A stretch of DNA of 64,000 nucleotides. It comes from Sulfurospirillaceae bacterium (GTDB taxonomy: Bacteria; Campylobacterota; Campylobacteria; Campylobacterales; Sulfurospirillaceae). Below the pieces are notes generated by a model, which was not told the DNA's origin, made no database searches, and was given only the letters and a program-made list of their open reading frames with translations. A program made the position numbers and the translations under genes. Where the stretch lies: positions 160,001 through 224,000 of the forward strand of contig JAWVXD010000002.1 of the NCBI GenBank assembly GCA_033723415.1, read 5' to 3'. This document shows positions 60,261 to 64,000 of the stretch, in pieces (the first letter of the stretch is position 1; every line of letters begins with the position of its first letter).

Positions 60261-60743
60261 ATGAAAACTGTAAATACAGCATTGGTTATAGGCCTTCTAA
60301 GCGGATTTTTAATATCTGCCAACGCACAAACAAATCAATCTATGAATGATTCGTTTTACAATGATTTTGTCAACATGCAAAAGAATATGGAAAAGATGTT
60401 TCAAGATTTTCACCAAAAATATTTTAAAGATGACAAATTTTTTAACAATTCTTCGATCTTGCCAAAAAGCAACTTTAAGGATGCAGGTTCTACATATGTT
60501 CTCAAGATGAAACTGCCTGGATTTGACAAAAGTAACATTCATATAAAAACAAAAGACAACATGCTCTATGTGGATGCAAAGACTTATAATAAAAATGAAA
60601 AAAAGAGTAATAATACATATCAAAGTTCAGTGTATGCGGACTCTTTTTATAGAAGTTTTTTACTGCCGAACAATGCAAAAACACAAGACATGAAAACAGA
60701 TTATAAAAACGGTGTACTTACTATAAAAATACCAAAATCATAG
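60261..60743 (+). CDS. Hsp20/alpha-crystallin family protein with N-terminal signal peptide
   Basis: LPGFDKSNIHI, FYRSFLLP, YKNGVLTIKIPK; N-terminus MKTVNTALVIGLLSGFLISANA. Confidence 0.88.
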   Translation: MKTVNTALVIGLLSGFLISANAQTNQSMNDSFYNDFVNMQKNMEKMFQDFHQKYFKDDKFFNNSSILPKSNFKDAGSTYVLKMKLPGFDKSNIHIKTKDNMLYVDAKTYNKNEKKSNNTYQSSVYADSFYRSFLLPNNAKTQDMKTDYKNGVLTIKIPKS

Positions 60744-60782
60744 TATAAAATTTTTCATGGCCATAAGTCTATTTGTAGTTGC

Positions 60783-63731
60783 CTAGATGTTACTCTTCAA
60801 CCATTGCATGAGGTTAGATAAGCTAAGCGGCTTTGTAAAAAAATAGCCTTGGCCTTGATCGCATCCGTGTTGTTCTAAATACACTTTTTGCTCTTTTGTC
60901 TCGATCCCTTCCGCAAGTGAAAGTATTTTCATATTTTGAGCCAGATCAAGGATAGAACAGACAATTGCACAAGCATCTTCATGATTAGGAATGTTATTTA
61001 CAAATGCTATATCCACTTTAAGTTTGTCTATTGGCAATTTCAATAAATAACTCAAAGAAGAATATCCTGTGCCAAAATCATCTATTGCTATTTTTACTTT
61101 GATATCTCTAAGAGAGGTAAGAAGTTTGATCCATCTTTGAGGATCTTGCATAATAAAGGATTCTGTTATTTCTATCTCTAAAAATGCAGGATTTATCGAT
61201 GTTTCTTCAATAACATTTTTTACAGTATTCAAAAAATCGCTGTATTCTATTTGTACCCCTGATGCATTCACTGAGATTGTTGCTTCTTCTTTTAATAAAC
61301 CTTCTTCTTTAAGCTTTATCAAATCCTCGCAACTTTGTTTTAAGACAAAAGCACCGATATCTATGATCAATCTAGTATCTTCACATATACCTATAAAACG
61401 AGTTGGTGTTAAGATACCTTCTTCTGGATGATCCCATCTTAACAAAGCTTCAAGACCTGTTATTTCTAATGTTTTAAGATCAACTTGAGGCTGATAATAA
61501 ACTACGAATTGCTCTTTTTTGATAGCATTACGCAAAGCATTCTCCATATCAATACGCTCAATTGATGCTATAGACATCTCATGCTCAAAGAAAGCATATG
61601 TGCTTTTCCCTGAATTTTTAGCTCTGTACATAGCAATATCTGCATTTTTTATCAGTACTTCACTCATCTCACCATGATCTGGATAAAAACTAATCCCTAT
61701 GCTGCATGTCAGAAAAAAGGTAGATTTTCTATATACAAAAGGTTCTAAAAAGATACTATGAATTTTTTGAATAATTACCGGAACTTCGAAAAGAGACTCA
61801 AGATTTTCAATCAATAATATAAATTCATCTCCACCGATACGTGATAATGTGTCTATTTTACGCATTTTATTTAACATTCTCTGAGAAAATTGTTTTAATA
61901 CCTCATCTCCATATGAGTGACCGAAACTGTCATTAATTTTTTTAAAATCATCCAGATCAATATAGCATACTGCCAGTTGTGTACCAAAACGATTGCAATT
62001 GTCTATGGCATGATTGATCCTATCAAGAAGAAAAATCCTATTTGGCAGACCTGTCAAAATATCATTGTGTGCCAAATATTCTAGTTCTCTTTCTGATGCG
62101 ATCAATCTGTCTTCGTAATTTTTTTTATCCGTAATATCACGGGCAGATACAACATAAGCTGATGCTTCTTTATCATCGTTCTTCTCAAAATATGGAAAAT
62201 ACTTTGCATGTAAATATCGTTTTTCATATTTTGATTCTATCCAATATTCTCTCTCAAAACTAATTCCGGACAAAGCTTTATCACAATATGGCCGGAGATT
62301 TTTATCAAAATATTCCTTACCAAGCAGTTCAGGCATACTGTGTCCTAAAATCTCATCTTCTTTTTTGTGAAAAAACTTTATAAATCCCCCGCTTATAGCA
62401 AGATAGACATAATTTCTATCTATCAGAGATAAAAGGTCATCAGAGTTAGAGACTATTTTTTTATACTGCTCTAGATTCCTTGTAATCGCTAATTTAGATT
62501 CCAACATTTTATTTGCATGCATAGCAAGATCTTTAAACTCGCTAAATCTTAATGCCTTTATATCAATAAAAGAATCTTTATGAGAAAGAGTATCAAAAAA
62601 ATTTGCAAATACAAGAAAATCGTTTTTTATTTTTTTATTTATCACTACGTAAAATATTGCAAATACGACTATAGCCCCAAGGACCATAAAAAGCATATAA
62701 ATAATTTGCTGGTTTAGTTTTTTTTGTATATCATTTCTCAACCATTCTATTTCACCATAAATATCATCAAGATAGACTCCAGAACCAACATACCAATGCC
62801 ATTTCGGTATACCGACAACATAACTTAGCTTTTTAATATTCCGTTCTTTATTGAGTGCAGGCATTGTATACTCAACAAATCCACCGCCGCTTTTGGCTTT
62901 TTCAATCAGCTCTCTTACAATGTATTTGCCGTTTTTATCTACTATATTGTACATATTTTGATTTTTGCTAGGATACGTTAAAGCTAATCCATCCCAAGTA
63001 CCCACAAAAATGTAATTATTACCATGCCTTAGCCTGTTTTTATTATCTAGTATCTCTTTTTGTGCTTTTGCCTCCATATCATCAAAATAAAGTCCTGTTC
63101 CTATAACCCAGTTGTATGGTTTAAACAACTTTACATATGATACTTTTTTAAAATATTTATTGCCTTGATTTGGTTTACTCCATTCATATTCAATAAATCC
63201 TTCATTTTTATATTTTGCGATATTTAGGATCCTTTGTAATGTATTGCTTTCTCTCTTATTGTCTAATGTAAACATGTTTTTCCCTTCCATTTCTGGATTG
63301 CTCGGGAAAAGAATATTTATGCCGTCTAGTTTTGTTATAAAATAATATCCTTCATTATTTTCATATCTTAATCCTCTTAATACGTTTGTTATCATTTGTT
63401 TGATTTGTGTGTTGCCAATCTTATCTTTGTATATGTTATATAAATTCATAGCAATATTGTATGCTTCAAGCGTTCTTGTTTTGACGGTTTTTCTTGTTTG
63501 TTGATCGATTTTTTTTTGTTTAATATAAATATAATCCACAAAATTTTTCACTTCATTTTGAAGCATGTTTTTTTTGTCATTCATTTGATTATTGTGAATC
63601 TTGGTTGACTCTTCTTCAAATTTAATTTTTGCCTCATAAAAAATAAATACAATTATAATGATGAGAAAGGAGATTAAGACAGTATAAGAAACAATATGAA
63701 AGTAATCAAACAAACTCAGTCTTTTTTTCAT
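60783..63731 (-). CDS. Cache-Cache-PAS-GGDEF-EAL c-di-GMP signalling protein
   Basis: Two Cache repeats (WVIGTGLY, WYVGSGVY); RKID...GGDEF; LEALLRW; DDFGTGYSS. Confidence 0.95.
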   Translation of the reverse strand: MKKRLSLFDYFHIVSYTVLISFLIIIIVFIFYEAKIKFEEESTKIHNNQMNDKKNMLQNEVKNFVDYIYIKQKKIDQQTRKTVKTRTLEAYNIAMNLYNIYKDKIGNTQIKQMITNVLRGLRYENNEGYYFITKLDGINILFPSNPEMEGKNMFTLDNKRESNTLQRILNIAKYKNEGFIEYEWSKPNQGNKYFKKVSYVKLFKPYNWVIGTGLYFDDMEAKAQKEILDNKNRLRHGNNYIFVGTWDGLALTYPSKNQNMYNIVDKNGKYIVRELIEKAKSGGGFVEYTMPALNKERNIKKLSYVVGIPKWHWYVGSGVYLDDIYGEIEWLRNDIQKKLNQQIIYMLFMVLGAIVVFAIFYVVINKKIKNDFLVFANFFDTLSHKDSFIDIKALRFSEFKDLAMHANKMLESKLAITRNLEQYKKIVSNSDDLLSLIDRNYVYLAISGGFIKFFHKKEDEILGHSMPELLGKEYFDKNLRPYCDKALSGISFEREYWIESKYEKRYLHAKYFPYFEKNDDKEASAYVVSARDITDKKNYEDRLIASERELEYLAHNDILTGLPNRIFLLDRINHAIDNCNRFGTQLAVCYIDLDDFKKINDSFGHSYGDEVLKQFSQRMLNKMRKIDTLSRIGGDEFILLIENLESLFEVPVIIQKIHSIFLEPFVYRKSTFFLTCSIGISFYPDHGEMSEVLIKNADIAMYRAKNSGKSTYAFFEHEMSIASIERIDMENALRNAIKKEQFVVYYQPQVDLKTLEITGLEALLRWDHPEEGILTPTRFIGICEDTRLIIDIGAFVLKQSCEDLIKLKEEGLLKEEATISVNASGVQIEYSDFLNTVKNVIEETSINPAFLEIEITESFIMQDPQRWIKLLTSLRDIKVKIAIDDFGTGYSSLSYLLKLPIDKLKVDIAFVNNIPNHEDACAIVCSILDLAQNMKILSLAEGIETKEQKVYLEQHGCDQGQGYFFTKPLSLSNLMQWLKSNI

Positions 63732-63851
63732 ACACTATGCCGCCGTTACAATATAAATTCATGCTACAACAGTATAGCCATGATTAGGAGCTATGCTAAA
63801 AGAGGATCGCAAAATGCCATCCTCTTCTTGCATAACAAAAAGCTTAGATTG

Positions 63852-64000
63852 TTATTTCAACAAGGCTAAACCACCGCTTCCATCTGCCACATACACACGT
63901 CCGTTTATGACTACAACGTCAGTCGCAGTACCTACGGTGTTTGCATGTTCCATAAGTATTGGTGCGGCAGGATTTGTCCAATCTATCTTAACGACTCCGG
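63852..64000 (-). CDS. 3' end of LVIVD-repeat (beta-propeller) protein, partial
   Basis: ...GVVKIDWTNPAAPILMEHANTVGTATDVVVINGRVYVADGSGGLALLK*. Confidence 0.75.
   Translation of the reverse strand, partial: GVVKIDWTNPAAPILMEHANTVGTATDVVVINGRVYVADGSGGLALLK

Noticed and set aside
63732..63851. Possible c-di-GMP riboswitch upstream of the GGDEF-EAL gene
   Set aside because: No GEMM consensus on the minus strand; the AAGAGGAT...ATCCTCTT hairpin is better explained as the terminator of the upstream LVIVD gene.

Overview
AT-rich bacterial chromosomal segment. Gene content (desulforubrerythrin, cytochrome c553, DUF1104, IamA/B-type Mla operon, NlaIII/HpyI-type methyltransferase) points to Campylobacterota, possibly Sulfurospirillum-like; this is an inference. 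Most of the window is housekeeping, transport, stress and regulatory genes: pyrC, SulP, a RimB/RimK/peptidase cluster, RND and MacAB-TolC efflux, rrc/DPS-like, glnB-amtB, two two-component systems, Mla, msrA, dinB, an MCP, a TPP-riboswitch thiD-cytX-thiM operon, mdaB/yqhD, aspA and a GGDEF-EAL gene. The most notable element is at about 45.2-48.9 kb: an intact, translationally coupled, very AT-rich three-gene cassette (YejK/NdpA-like nucleoid-associated protein plus two unrecognised membrane proteins). It sits between decayed remnants of a type I R-M hsdS gene and a rhuM gene, which makes it a candidate undescribed anti-phage system. Other points: a dinB/autocleaving S24-repressor divergon with a candidate operator, a probable ATA start codon, a dual-start msrA, a signal-peptide-bearing small heat-shock protein, several apparently leaderless genes and an internally deleted CatB/Vat acetyltransferase. 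No rRNA, tRNA, CRISPR array or transposase was seen. All family calls come from motif recognition by eye; no database searches were run.
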